Source: Enoplolaimus lenunculus
Lineage: Eukaryota
Direction of reading: 5' to 3'
Length of the DNA: 64,000 bases
Assembly: GCA_030248215.1 (NCBI GenBank)
Contig: JASANG010000641.1
Span: forward strand, 186,001 to 250,000
Shown here: piece by piece, positions 40,901 through 52,200 of the stretch
Layout of the letters: every line of letters starts with the position of its first letter
Position numbering within the stretch: position 1 is the stretch's first letter
Made by a program: the position numbers and the translations under genes
Notes under the pieces: model-generated
What the model saw: only the letters and a program-made list of their open reading frames with translations
Told to the model about the DNA's origin: nothing
Database searches by the model: none

Positions 40901-40969
40901 AGAATTATTGGTTCCGTTTTCGCTTACCCAAATCGCTCTCAGTCGGCACAGCCTGGATCTCAACACCAT
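25930..40969 (-). CDS. FRMD4: FERM domain-containing protein 4 (FRMD4A/B co-orthologue), 22 exons, ~1790 aa
   Basis: All junctions are phase-consistent: 40969-40928, 40331-40165 (RRARVILLDDRRIDIVV), 39496-39389, 39012-38928, 38249-38167, 37497-37408, 36773-36708, 36368-36224 (PSYGVHFYDVTDK), 35938-35862 (WKNLENLYHRDKKFSLEV), 35074-34883, 34486-34345 (SVSRRT..MWSLAIAQHQF), 34057-33589, 33407-33280, 32984-32853 (ELTGQLP..PGEPFPTVKRRVGTSF, CUPID/DUF3338 region), 32367-32224, 31878-~31794, 31246-31086, 30596-30438, 30057-29984, 29696-28697, 28153-26565, 26152-25930. The first exon is the least certain. Confidence 0.92.
34615..34749. mobile_element. Short hAT-like MITE with GGGCGTAGCC-type ends
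   Basis: CAAGGGCGTAGCCCGG / CCTGGCTAGGCCCATG; flanks CTGCTGCC/CTACTGTC (6/8). Related right ends near 41690 and 44215. Confidence 0.55.
35361..35785. mobile_element. Degenerate hAT-type MITE (CCTGTT repeats)
   Basis: Ends CAGGTTTTAA / TTAGAACCGTG; TTCCTG repeats near both ends; flanks CTATATAT/CTGTATAC (6/8). Confidence 0.6.
39776..40078. mobile_element. hAT-type MITE (TTCGGA repeats)
   Basis: TIR CAGGGTGGCA / TGCCACCCTG; perfect TSD CTTCACAC (39768-39775, 40079-40086). Confidence 0.88.
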
Positions 40970-43001
40970 TTTCAAAAATACAAATTATTCTAACTTTAAA
41001 CCGCATAAACAAACACAATATTTATTTATTTAATACCTTCGACTCCCACTTTTTATTACTAGTATCTATAAACTCTAATAACAAATTAAATTAGACTTAA
41101 ATACTCGAGTCAGCCAAAACATCAAAGAAACAGTGTTCACCTTAGTTAAACTTTGGCACAAAGGTTTTATCAAAACGAGTCTATTTTTGTTATAACAACA
41201 ACAAATTGTAACAGTTGGCGAAGAACAAAATTCTAGTTCAAAATGACTTCGTATGAGTACCGATTGACCGCCTGTGGACACTTGCGTCATCCAAGCCTTG
41301 GTACCTCAACAAGGATCAATATCAAATATATAATTGTTGTATTAAGATTTAGGACTAAAACTACGATTGGGCATCTTGCCCTTGAGCTTTTTTCACAACT
41401 AGCAATATATCGCGCAGCTTACGCCATCACAAAAATCTGGATTCGCCGTTCTGTAATTGATCTAAGTCTATTTTCTCTTAGACTCTTTATAATAATACAG
41501 CCACCCCAGATTAATCCTCTTACAAAAAGTTGACTTCATCCTATAGAATCCAATCTGTGGTTCAGTGTTACCAAAAAATATACGGATCAAAACTCTTTTG
41601 CCGGTTTTGTGTGAGAGCTTCGTGTTCTAACCCAAAAATCAAATTTAAAGGTACGTAATGAAAAAATAGTTGCGTAATCCCTTTTTCAAACATCCTGGCT
41701 ACGCTGCGGTGATGCATATTGGTGCCAAAAGAAAAATTACGTATGCCGAAGCTTTACCAGAGCCGTGCTTAGGCGGCCCCAACCTCCTGCATCACTCCAG
41801 AAAAAAAACTAAAAACAAACCAAATTAATCCTCAAGAATGCGATATAGTATTTTTCGCAAGCCAAAATCAATCATTAAAACAAACCATACGCGTCAAGCT
41901 GCGTCACCGATCACACAATTAAAGTTAAGGCTTACGCGTAGGCTTAGGCACGACGTTTCGGACACCTAAGCCAAAGCCGAAATCTGTCTAAGCCTTAAGC
42001 GTACGCCTGTGGAGGGGAACTATACAGGCAGCCATCAAGCTATGGGGTCAACGATACTAAGCAAATCAGTCATTCTGCGAAAACAGAATATATGTACACT
42101 ACAAGAAACATAACCAACAAACGTACGTGAAAACCCAAAACAGACAAACTATCATATTACAACTACACTGCACACGGTTTCTGAAATGCCAATTTCACGC
42201 CTAACACAATGTCGTCCATTCAAAAATCATTAATTTTACAATTGCTTCAGTCTCAAAATTAGCAAAATATATTAAAACATATATATGTAACGCAAAACTA
42301 CGACCTCCACGAACCACGCCAAAAACCCCGGCATTGCCATCAAAGATAATTATCAGAAAGAAACTGACAGAAATTGCAATATAAATGCATATTGCACAAA
42401 TGCAGTATTTCTCGTCGCACAATACTGCAGAATTTGCACACGGACAAGAAATTGGCGATTGTCGCTTTCGATAAATTCAACCAAGGCGTATACACAAAAG
42501 TCGTTAGCTAATAAATGTTCGCTATCCAACATTTTGGTATTATTTAGCATACTTAAGCAATAATAATTGTTACAATCAATCAGTGCCAACAAAATAAATT
42601 TCGAAAAACACCTGCCGTTTTTGTCAAATATAAATTCAACATTTCAAATATTATTCTGATGCAAAACTGGTCAAATATATTTAAATTCTATAGCAAACGC
42701 ACTGAGACTCTTATGCTATGCATTTCCATGAAACCTAAGCTGAAGCCTTAGCCTGAGTCTAAGTCTCTGGTAAGCTGAATGACGCATAGACAGGTAAATT
42801 CCTGGATATTAATTTTCTCATCAACATAACCCTTGCTTGTCATTAGATTATTACAGCTGCTGAGGAAACCTTAACCAAAGTAAAAAACGCTCGCTGAATA
42901 CGATAATTTAATTATCGTATGCAAATTCGGCTCTTGTACACTCACTTAAAAGCTTAAAACCACAGTCTAAACCCAATGCTAAGCGATGCCAAAATACGAA
43001 C

Positions 43002-43239
43002 AAGGGATGTGCCGATTAATTGGCATCGGCATCGGTAATAATCGTTACTAATCGTTTATGATTAGGGTTTAAGTCTTCATATAACGATGTAATATAGTAT
43101 CCTATCTGTTTATTAAACATGGTGTACTAAAGTTGGAATCGACATCGGCATCAGCAAATTTCAAAATAAGAATCGCCAAAATTTCACAATAACGTTCAGA
43201 ATCAGTATCGGAAAAAATTTTGGTATCGGCACATCGCTA
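43002..43239. mobile_element. hAT-type MITE, TAGGG-like ends (ATCGGC repeats)
   Basis: AAGGGATGTGCCGAT / ATCGGCACATCGCTA; TSD ATACGAAC/ACACGAAC (7/8). Confidence 0.78.
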
Positions 43240-43886
43240 ACACGAACATTTCGAAAACAATTTCTTCAAACCTAATTGGACTAAACACCATTAACGGAAG
43301 CTTTTACTTGGATTTCTTTCGTCAACTTTGTTAATCCGTTCAGTTCACCCTCGGTTCCGATACGGTAACGGTAAACTAATATTTTTAACTTAGTAAGGTT
43401 ACAACACTACGTCGTCAAAAACACTAATCAAATTTGAACACCTTTCTGTCTAAATATCTAACATAAAAAATAAATAACGCTAGCCATCCATTGAAACAAT
43501 ATTCGACTCAGACCCATCCTGTATTATGAATTCTGAGTGCGCACATAATGTTCTCTCTCTATATATATGAAACGAACGTACTCAATACCAACTTTAAGCA
43601 CACAAAATGCTATTTTAAAATTGTGAAAATTTGTCGCGTATATGAAACATTTCTAATTTCTTCCGCACTGTTTCAGATCTATACGATAGATACCATTAAA
43701 TAAGAACAGAACTCAAGCGTTTTCGAGGTCTCGCTCACCCTATCTGTGTTCGCCGACGCTCGCTTTGCACTTAAATGACAGTTTACAACAGTAATAATTG
43801 TGAACTTGCAAACTGAGGTACACTTCTTAATTGAAACATTAGAGTTTTATTGAGATGCGCACACGCAGTTGTAATGCTATACTAAG

Positions 43887-44013
43887 ATTCATTTTGCTAC
43901 GCGTGTGCTGCAAGCTGCAATCCCAACTCAAACTCTATCAAATACGTGAACTCATTTTGCTACGACTGTACTTCAAGTTGCAATCCCAACTCAAACTCTA
44001 TCAAATGCGTGAA
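43887..44013. repeat. 63-bp tandem duplication
   Basis: TCATTTTGCTACG...TGCAATCCCAACTCAAACTCTATCAAATRCGTGAA occurs at 43887 and 43950. Confidence 0.88.
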
Positions 44014-46973
44014 CCTATCATATTACGGTCGCTAAGCAAGATAACGTAACGGAACAGCTAAATTAGCGGTGTTGAAAATGCAGTACGCGCTAAAACAAAT
44101 AACAAAATCGTCGACGCAATCAATCAATGATAAATATGAAAAAAAATTCCTAAAATCGTGCATTGACACTGTAAAATTTCGAAACACAAAAAACTATCTT
44201 CACTAACCAAAAAATCCTGGATCCGCCACTAAGCTCGCTTATACCGCGTCAAATATTTTTGAATCGGCCAAAAAATTATACAGGACTTTGAAAAATTCAT
44301 GGTGGACGGAGTTGTTATTGGCTTTAACAGCCCCTCAGATCGACTTGAGCTGCTTCCTCACACCGACTCTGGGGGCATTCCCAGGGTGCAAATGGATATT
44401 AATTAATCGGATTGGATACTGAAACTGGATTCGGATAGTGAATTTTGTACCGGAACCGGATATTAAAAAACATTGTATCTAAACTTTTGGAGTTTGAAGT
44501 ATAGGCATATTTGATTCGCCAAAAAGTATGTTTTCTCCGAATAAGATTTATATAATTGTCACTGGCCCAGAAATACAATCGCAGCAAGATCTTATAGATG
44601 TTTACTTGAATAAAGAATTATATAAAATTTGGAATGACCACCATAGATATCCGGTATCTGTAAAGGTTTATATCGAGCACCGAAACCGGATACCGGTTTT
44701 TTGAACTGCAACTGTGTCGTTACATTCGTAACAACAAACCAACCAATCGCTGGACGTATATATACGTATATCAACTACACAGACCCACGCGATCAATTTG
44801 TCAAACACACAATGACCATTCGGATTCTTCTATACACTTCTAACCCCCATTTAACCGTCACACTACGTCGCACCCGTAGTCAACGGGGATAGGTGCAGGA
44901 GGGGCTTGGGCCCCATGGAAAAATTTTGGCCCCTTTAGAAAGGTATGCTCCTCCTGAAATTTTTTTTATCCTCTTTAGCATGGTGAGTTGGCTACGCGCC
45001 AACACTACGCCGAAATGTACTTCCAAAATGTTGTCTCTGAAAACTGGGGTTAACTCCATACATGTCTGTTCGCAATTGGCCCTTGCAGAGGCCACACAGA
45101 ACCGCGTGTGTCACTTTGCAAAATCGAGCAGACAGAACACATCAAAAGTGATGCAGACATAATACGCACGTAATTAATATGTCTAATAACAGCGGTAGGC
45201 TTTACTGTGTGAAAAATGTACGTTTAACACCGTTTATGATACATTAAAATGTGCCGTTGGGCACAATGGATCAAGCCAAAAATGACCTTCTTTAGGTGTC
45301 AAACAAATACCTTTTGAGATTTTCGTTTAGGGGTTTTTAGACACGCTACCTCAGTTTTCAACGCAAGAAACGCTCCTTCGATATTTTTATACAACATAAC
45401 ACCCCCCCCCACCTCCGTTCTAAAATCCTGATTATGAATGGACATACTATTCAACTAATTAAAATTGTAAATGAGCATCAGTTAAACAGTCCAATGAGCA
45501 GGCATATTTACACCATTCCGTTACAGTTACATTGTGTTTCAATGTTAATATATGTGGTTATGCTTTTAGCGTTTTAAACTATGCAACTAAAAGCTAAATA
45601 CGTACGTAGTGTTCGGAATCGAAATTTTGAAATTTTACGTTTAGGCCTACTTGTTGTGACAGTTGCATAAACAAAAATTCTGTATTATTTATCTATTAAA
45701 TTGCGTTCGATGAGTTAGTTAACATATCAATAATTGAATGTAGTTTAACTTTACTGAACCCAAAATCATCGCCAATTTGTTCATGCGACCTTTTTAAAAA
45801 TTGTCGCCAGCCAACAGACACCCTAACTCAACATTGTATTTGTCAACACAAATTATCCGTACAGTCAGAAGATTTCTAGTTCCGATTACAATTCCGGTAT
45901 AAATTTGTGGTCTTTTCGGTTATCCTCGCCCAGCCGGAGTTTGCTCCAAAAATGGTCAGATTTTAATTTTTTTTGCATGTTTGAGCTTCTCATGACTTGC
46001 CCTAGTCATTTCACACGCAAATTTGATTTTTTAAAAAATTTGATTTTTAAGGTCCAAGGTCCCAAATTGGGACCCAATTTTTGTGTCAAAAAGTTAATTA
46101 TACACCATTCGTCGCAGCTGGTAGAGCTGAGTTGAATGGTGTTAAATGTTCCTTAATCACACGTCTGGCTAACGAGTTATGGTAATAGCTGATTTGGTGC
46201 CGTCCCAAATTGTTGCCAATGCGCCAAATTGCTGTTCCGATTACGATTCCAATATAATTCAGTGTCCAATAAGCACCCTGCGTAAGCGTAAGAAGCAAAT
46301 ATGAAAATTTGGAAAACTGCGATGAAGCGTACAAAAAAAGCGGTATTCCTTTAAGCCACACAGCTCACGTAAAAAATACAACAAATTAAGCAACGATGTT
46401 GTAACATTCTTACCATGAAATCAACAAAAAATCATCGTACGTTATAATTAGTTGAGCTCTGTGGTGTAGTAACGACGCAACAACGAATCAATTGATGCAT
46501 AAGATCAAATCAAATCATTCCATCCGAAGCCAATTTTTACTGAAACGAATACTTGCACAACTATAAATGTGAATTTATACAAATGATGTTTGGTCCATTC
46601 GTCGGAAGATATTTATCGTGAATTATTAAGGCACCACATATATATTATATGCATAATAATGCCAAAAATGTTTTTAATAAATAAAGCACCTACCGAACCT
46701 AAAACAAAGTCTACACGCATATCTGGTTTGTAAATGCCGACCGCAATGGTGCTATCAGAAACTTGTGCCCAGGCCTTGCGCGATATATAATACTAAAAAA
46801 GTTGGCGATCGAAAAGCCAAACACAAATTCAACACTAAGTCTTACAAACTTTGGATTTCATCAATTGCAACCATAATTGTAGTTCCGGTAGGGAAATTAG
46901 GTATTTTTCACTAGCCGGTTCCGGTTTTAAATTCATTGTTTGGTCACCGAAATTTTCCCGTTTTTGTTGGTTG

Positions 46974-47235
46974 CAGCGTGCAACCGGAATTACAATGAAT
47001 TACAATTTACCGGAACTGGAAGTTGATAAAATTATCGGAAACGGAACCGGAAAATGAAAAATACATGCCACCGAAAATTCATTTTAATTTTCTATTTTGC
47101 AATATTATTGGTGAAATAACCCTTAGTTAGAGATAGGTATTCACTATTAATACCAGAATTTTTAATCTCGGTAAAAATTTACCGGAACCGGAAGGTCAAA
47201 AATTGCTGGAACCAGAATTCCGGTTGTACCCCCTG
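46974..47235. mobile_element. Degenerate, internally deleted family A hAT MITE
   Basis: Ends CAGCGTGCAACCGGAATTAC / TTCCGGTTGTACCCCCTG; internal GTGAAATAACCCTTAGT and GGTAAAAATTTACCGGAACCGGAAGG shared with 52781-53178; flanks GTTGGTTG/GTTGGTAT (6/8). Confidence 0.75.
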
Positions 47236-49297
47236 GTTGGTATAGAAATTTTTTCAAATTTGAATTGTTCCTTGAAAACGGATTCTACGGCAACAATATT
47301 TCACATTATTGTTCTGGTATTTTTTCGCTTTCCTGTTTCGGTATTTTATAATTGCGTTCGCACCTTAGTTTTGACCCCGGAAAGGGAAAGACACAGCCTA
47401 AACGGCCATGAGCCCTGGATCATCCAGCGGTTAACAGTGTCAAATCTTTCAGCTGTTTTATCACAAAACCATCATTGTTACAGTACATTTTGTACAAAAC
47501 CCGTTCACACTATTTCATTAGTCAGCCAACAAAGGTGACGACTATTTGTCTATGATTGCAAAAATACAAAAAACACCACACAATGCAACACTTGTCTGCC
47601 ACTACTACATACGTAATACTACAAATATGCACCGTGTACATACTTTTATCAATGAGAACAACTGTTAAAGGACAATAAAAACCGTATTTGACATGCACAG
47701 ATTACAAAAATAGCGGCCAATGTTACTTTAAGGGGCGTAACAGTAAATTAAGCGTATTCCTAAGCCGAAGCATTGCAGGAATGTGTTTGTAAGCCTAACC
47801 CTAAGCAAAAAATATAATCTGGAATCTAAACTTACTCTTTTATAGCTCCACCAGTAACCTGGACGCCCCTTAAAGTAACACGGGGCAAAATAGTAATCAT
47901 TCACAAACATGCAAATTGACGGATTTCGGTCGTGTTTTACACTCGAATGGATGACATTTTAACCTGGTATTAAAGGAATTAGCAGAAAGATGGTTTGATT
48001 TTTAAAACTGTGAATATTTCAACTTTTCGATCAATTTAAGCAATTTTCAACTATTTTTTGTTTTTCGACTAAAAACTGATGTTGAAAAAACACCATAGAC
48101 CAAAAGTCCGTAATCCAATTTAGCAAAGCAGTTCTTTCTCATAATTTATCCCCCAGCCAGTATTCGCAACAAAATGCGCGAGATTTTCATAATTTCGTTA
48201 TATTTAAGCCTCTCATAACCTCCTGACTTGATTTTTTTAAAAATCGTTTGAGGTAGTATGCATGGTACAACCGGGGGTCTACTCGACCTGTTTCGCCGGA
48301 GGTTCTGACCATTTCGGTAGTGAAGTTTTGCGAAGTATTACAAAATTTATTTTCAGTGTTTCGTTTTAACTTTTGGCACAAATTGAACATCATCTTAACT
48401 ACTTAATTTCCACTCACATCCGGCTTCGTCAGGTTTCGTTGACCTCCGCCTCAGATGTTTTTCACCTATGGTTGCACTCTGATAGCAGTCTCAGACCAGA
48501 CCAAAAATTTCTTCTCTTAAATATAAAATTTGCGCACGGTTTGAAGCAGATTGCCGCGCAAAGTTAATTCTTACCATGCAATCGCTATTCAAGTTATTTT
48601 CACACAAATTTTCGGTGACTCATTCACCGGTTTGGATTAGTTGTACCGTCTTTCAATTCAAATTTTCGCTCAGTATAAAAGGAACTTCACTCAAACACAC
48701 GTTATGTATACAATTTACTGTGCAAATTTTCGAGATAATAACGAATAAGCATCATGATGTGACGATGTACTCTCGTTTACGACACTGTAGAATGTTAACA
48801 AACTTTTCTGTGCCGTTTGCAGTCATTTTAAAAAAATGACACGTTATAAACACCATGCCTAAATATTGAAAGCCTAAAATTCGATTTTTAGCTACCACAA
48901 AATGTTTTTGCAAAATTTGGTGACCTTTAACACCACAGAATTATTAGGCGACACGAAGTATGTAGGTTATAATTTGTAAAATACAAAACACCACTAAATA
49001 TTGTGACAGTCACAAAACAATGATTTCCATATAACGTTTACAATACCCGTGCACAGAACTGCAGTTTCAATCAATGTTCAACTGCAACCCCTTACATTTC
49101 AAGGCCCAAATTTAATGTATTTCAACTCGATAATGCTATTAGAAAATAAATTGGTCCATGTTAATCATACGGTGCTGTCTAATAAGCGTGTACTTCCCAG
49201 CAGCTTTTAAGCCCCGTAGTGTTTGCTTTCACTGAGCAGGCCCCTAAAATTAACATGAGCCAACAAATTAATATAAGTACATGAACAAGAAAAATGT

Positions 49298-52200
49298 TTA
49301 ACATTGTGCGCGATAAATAGCCAACGACCGCGATTGGAGAATGTTCAAAAAATACTGGTTTGAGGTAGCGTTTCGATATTCTGCGCCACAAATATCCATC
49401 ACTGACGACTGGGACGAGCCGCCTGTTTGGGACAATTGCACATCAGTTATCTGTCGGTTTGTTCTCGCATTCCAAATAACGACCTATAAAAACATCTACA
49501 TTAACCACCACGCATGAGATGAAGAAAATCGCAAAAATATTTAATTTTGCGGCAATGTTCTAAGAAGTTGTAGTCGTTTCGATTCGGTAAACAGTTGACA
49601 ACATCCTTCCCATAGTTCACTAAAATTAATTTTGTTTTAAAACGAACCACATTCAAGGTAAAATAACTTAACCTTCGACAGAGCCTCATTGTAGAACGCA
49701 GCATAACTGTGTTCAAGTCCAGCCCTTGGATTAAGAGATCCAAAATATGCACGTCGCATTTGTTTCATTGTTGCCCCACCGTTAAACTCAGTTACAAGCT
49801 GTGACGAATAGCAGCGGCCACCCGTGCGTGTGGAATGTTCGGTAGACAGCGAATTATTCACATACGCAAACTCATGTATCTAAAACGAAGGTAAAACTAA
49901 ATATTGTCCAGCAGCGTCCAACCGGGAACTAAAATAAATTTTGCCGGATCAGGAGTATGAAATAAGACTAGGTACCGTTCAGTCCTTGAGACATATTGCC
50001 CGAAAGCACGCAGTAAAGTTAAAAGTTTCATTCACTAAAACATCTTAATTTCAACGATAGATTATTTAATTTAATAATTAAATCTAAACACAAGTTCACA
50101 ATCACAATGCTGTCTGGTGTCACTATACGAAAAAAGATGTAACCACTACCTGATGTCTGGCATATTGACTATTTTCATCAGGACGAAGCGAAACTAAAAA
50201 TTGTTTTGATAATTCATCAACTGTGACCGAGACAGATTGGCCTGAAAAAACATTAAACACACCGTACACAGCAGGTTCTAAAAACACACAAACACCTGAG
50301 AAATAAAACATTAATGCTATTTGTGCAAAACGAAACAGTGATACAAAATCCTGCTGGCAGCCCGTCCACATATGCGTGCCATTCTAAGAATACAGAATCA
50401 TATCCCATAGTGTGTTGTAACTTTGCCGAAGACACTTTGGTGGAGGACAACTAAGCAGAAAGTAACAGGTGCGAATCCACTGATAAAATAAAATCTGACA
50501 AACATATAAGCCCTGCTAGCAGGGTGCAATCGGAATTTCAATCGGATTAGAATTCCGATTAAAAACGAGTTCCGATACCGATTGCACAATCAATGGGAAT
50601 ATGAATTTCGAAATTTTAATTTTATTCTTACTTGTTGCGATATGTTGCATAAAAATTCTGTATGATTTATTTATTATGTATGATTTATCTATTATACTGT
50701 TTTCAATATGTTAGCTTATCAATAATTGATTGTAGTTTAACTTTACAGAACAGAAAAAATGATTGCCAATTTGTTTTTGTTCATGCGACATTTTTGAGAA
50801 GTACTGTTGGCAGCCGACAGACACCTAAATCAATATTATACTCTTGTTAATACAAATTATCCATATAGTCACAAAATTTGCAATTCCGATTCCGCTTTCG
50901 ATTCCAGTATAAATTTGCTGTTCCGATTCCGTCAAAGTTTACATAAGGGCGTCCCAATAATCTTATGATCGTTTACCGCTAAACAGACAACACAGTATTA
51001 CCTTCAACATTCAAAACATGTGGCCGAAATTCTGTTGGCGACGTGAACTCATAAAATATCACTCGATTGAGATGACACACTAATAATCCGCTTCTAAAAC
51101 CAACAAACCGATATTTATTAAAAATAAGACCGATATTTATTAAAAATAAGACAAAAGAAAGCGCAATATTGCATAAAAATACATTAAAAACTACTGCGGC
51201 AAATTATTACCGCTCAAATTGATGATCGGCGAAGGTTCTGATCATTACAATGAAACCGCCAATCACTAAATCAACTATGTAATATAGATTAAATAAAGTG
51301 TTGATCAACTCACTGGAAAATGAACCCACAATATTATGAACAACACAGTAAACCAAAAACCAAAACACGGGTACAACAAATAGCACAAACCGGTCGAACT
51401 TAGGCAAGGCGTAGATGGTAATAAAATTACTAAAAAGCACAGCACCATCCTTACCCTTCTCCAGTTTCCCGGAGCGAATTAATCCACTGTAGACGGCTGA
51501 CTGGTGTTTTTGATATTATAGGTTCAATTGTGGCTACAGGCACTATCGCGTTTGCTGTACCATTTTCTCTACCAGTCTAAAAATGAAAAATATAATTCGA
51601 TCACGCATCAATTCGAAATACTGGGCCGGTTGACGGTTTATATCCCGCTTGGCTGGTAACCCCATATCCAGGTCATAAATGTTTATATGTATCCACGACT
51701 TCAAAATGTAACTCAGCAAACAAGTAAAACCATTTAGCCAAAAACTTTATCAATGTTTAATTCAACACCTACCTAATAAATTTAACATTTATTACATTTA
51801 CGTTTCTGAAATGCTTATCATGATTATTTAAATTCCGCAAAGCCGTTTTCTGATTATTTATAATTAACGCAGGAATGTTAACGGAAATATAGTCAAAAAA
51901 CTGAGATGTTTCCTCTTGCGTTCGGCGTATTACCAGTTTTGGATACACAAAAAATACTGTGCCGCCTTCATCGAAAATAAGTTCTAGCTACTTCCCTGAA
52001 CATACCTGCGCACTGTGAACCATCCTCATATCATGCATCAAAATTCTCCCGTTAACTAAGCCAGTAAAAATATACTGAGTCTCTGGATTACGCCAACAGC
52101 AACTCCAAATCGGTGAAGGCGTTGAAATACTGAAGACAATGCAGTGTTATAATTCATTTCTCATTTCCGAAAATGCTTCACAGCGCAAGAGGAATAAGAA

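Noticed and set aside
41000..49200. Hidden gene in the 8-kb FRMD4-RFWD3 interval
   Set aside because: I found only short ORFs overlapping repeats or AT-rich DNA, with no phase-consistent exon chain or recognisable domain.
50253..50468. Possible extra RFWD3 exon or GC-AG intron
   Set aside because: Exon 51093-51002 splices in frame directly to 50241 and gives the expected WD40 spacing, so no extra exon is needed.
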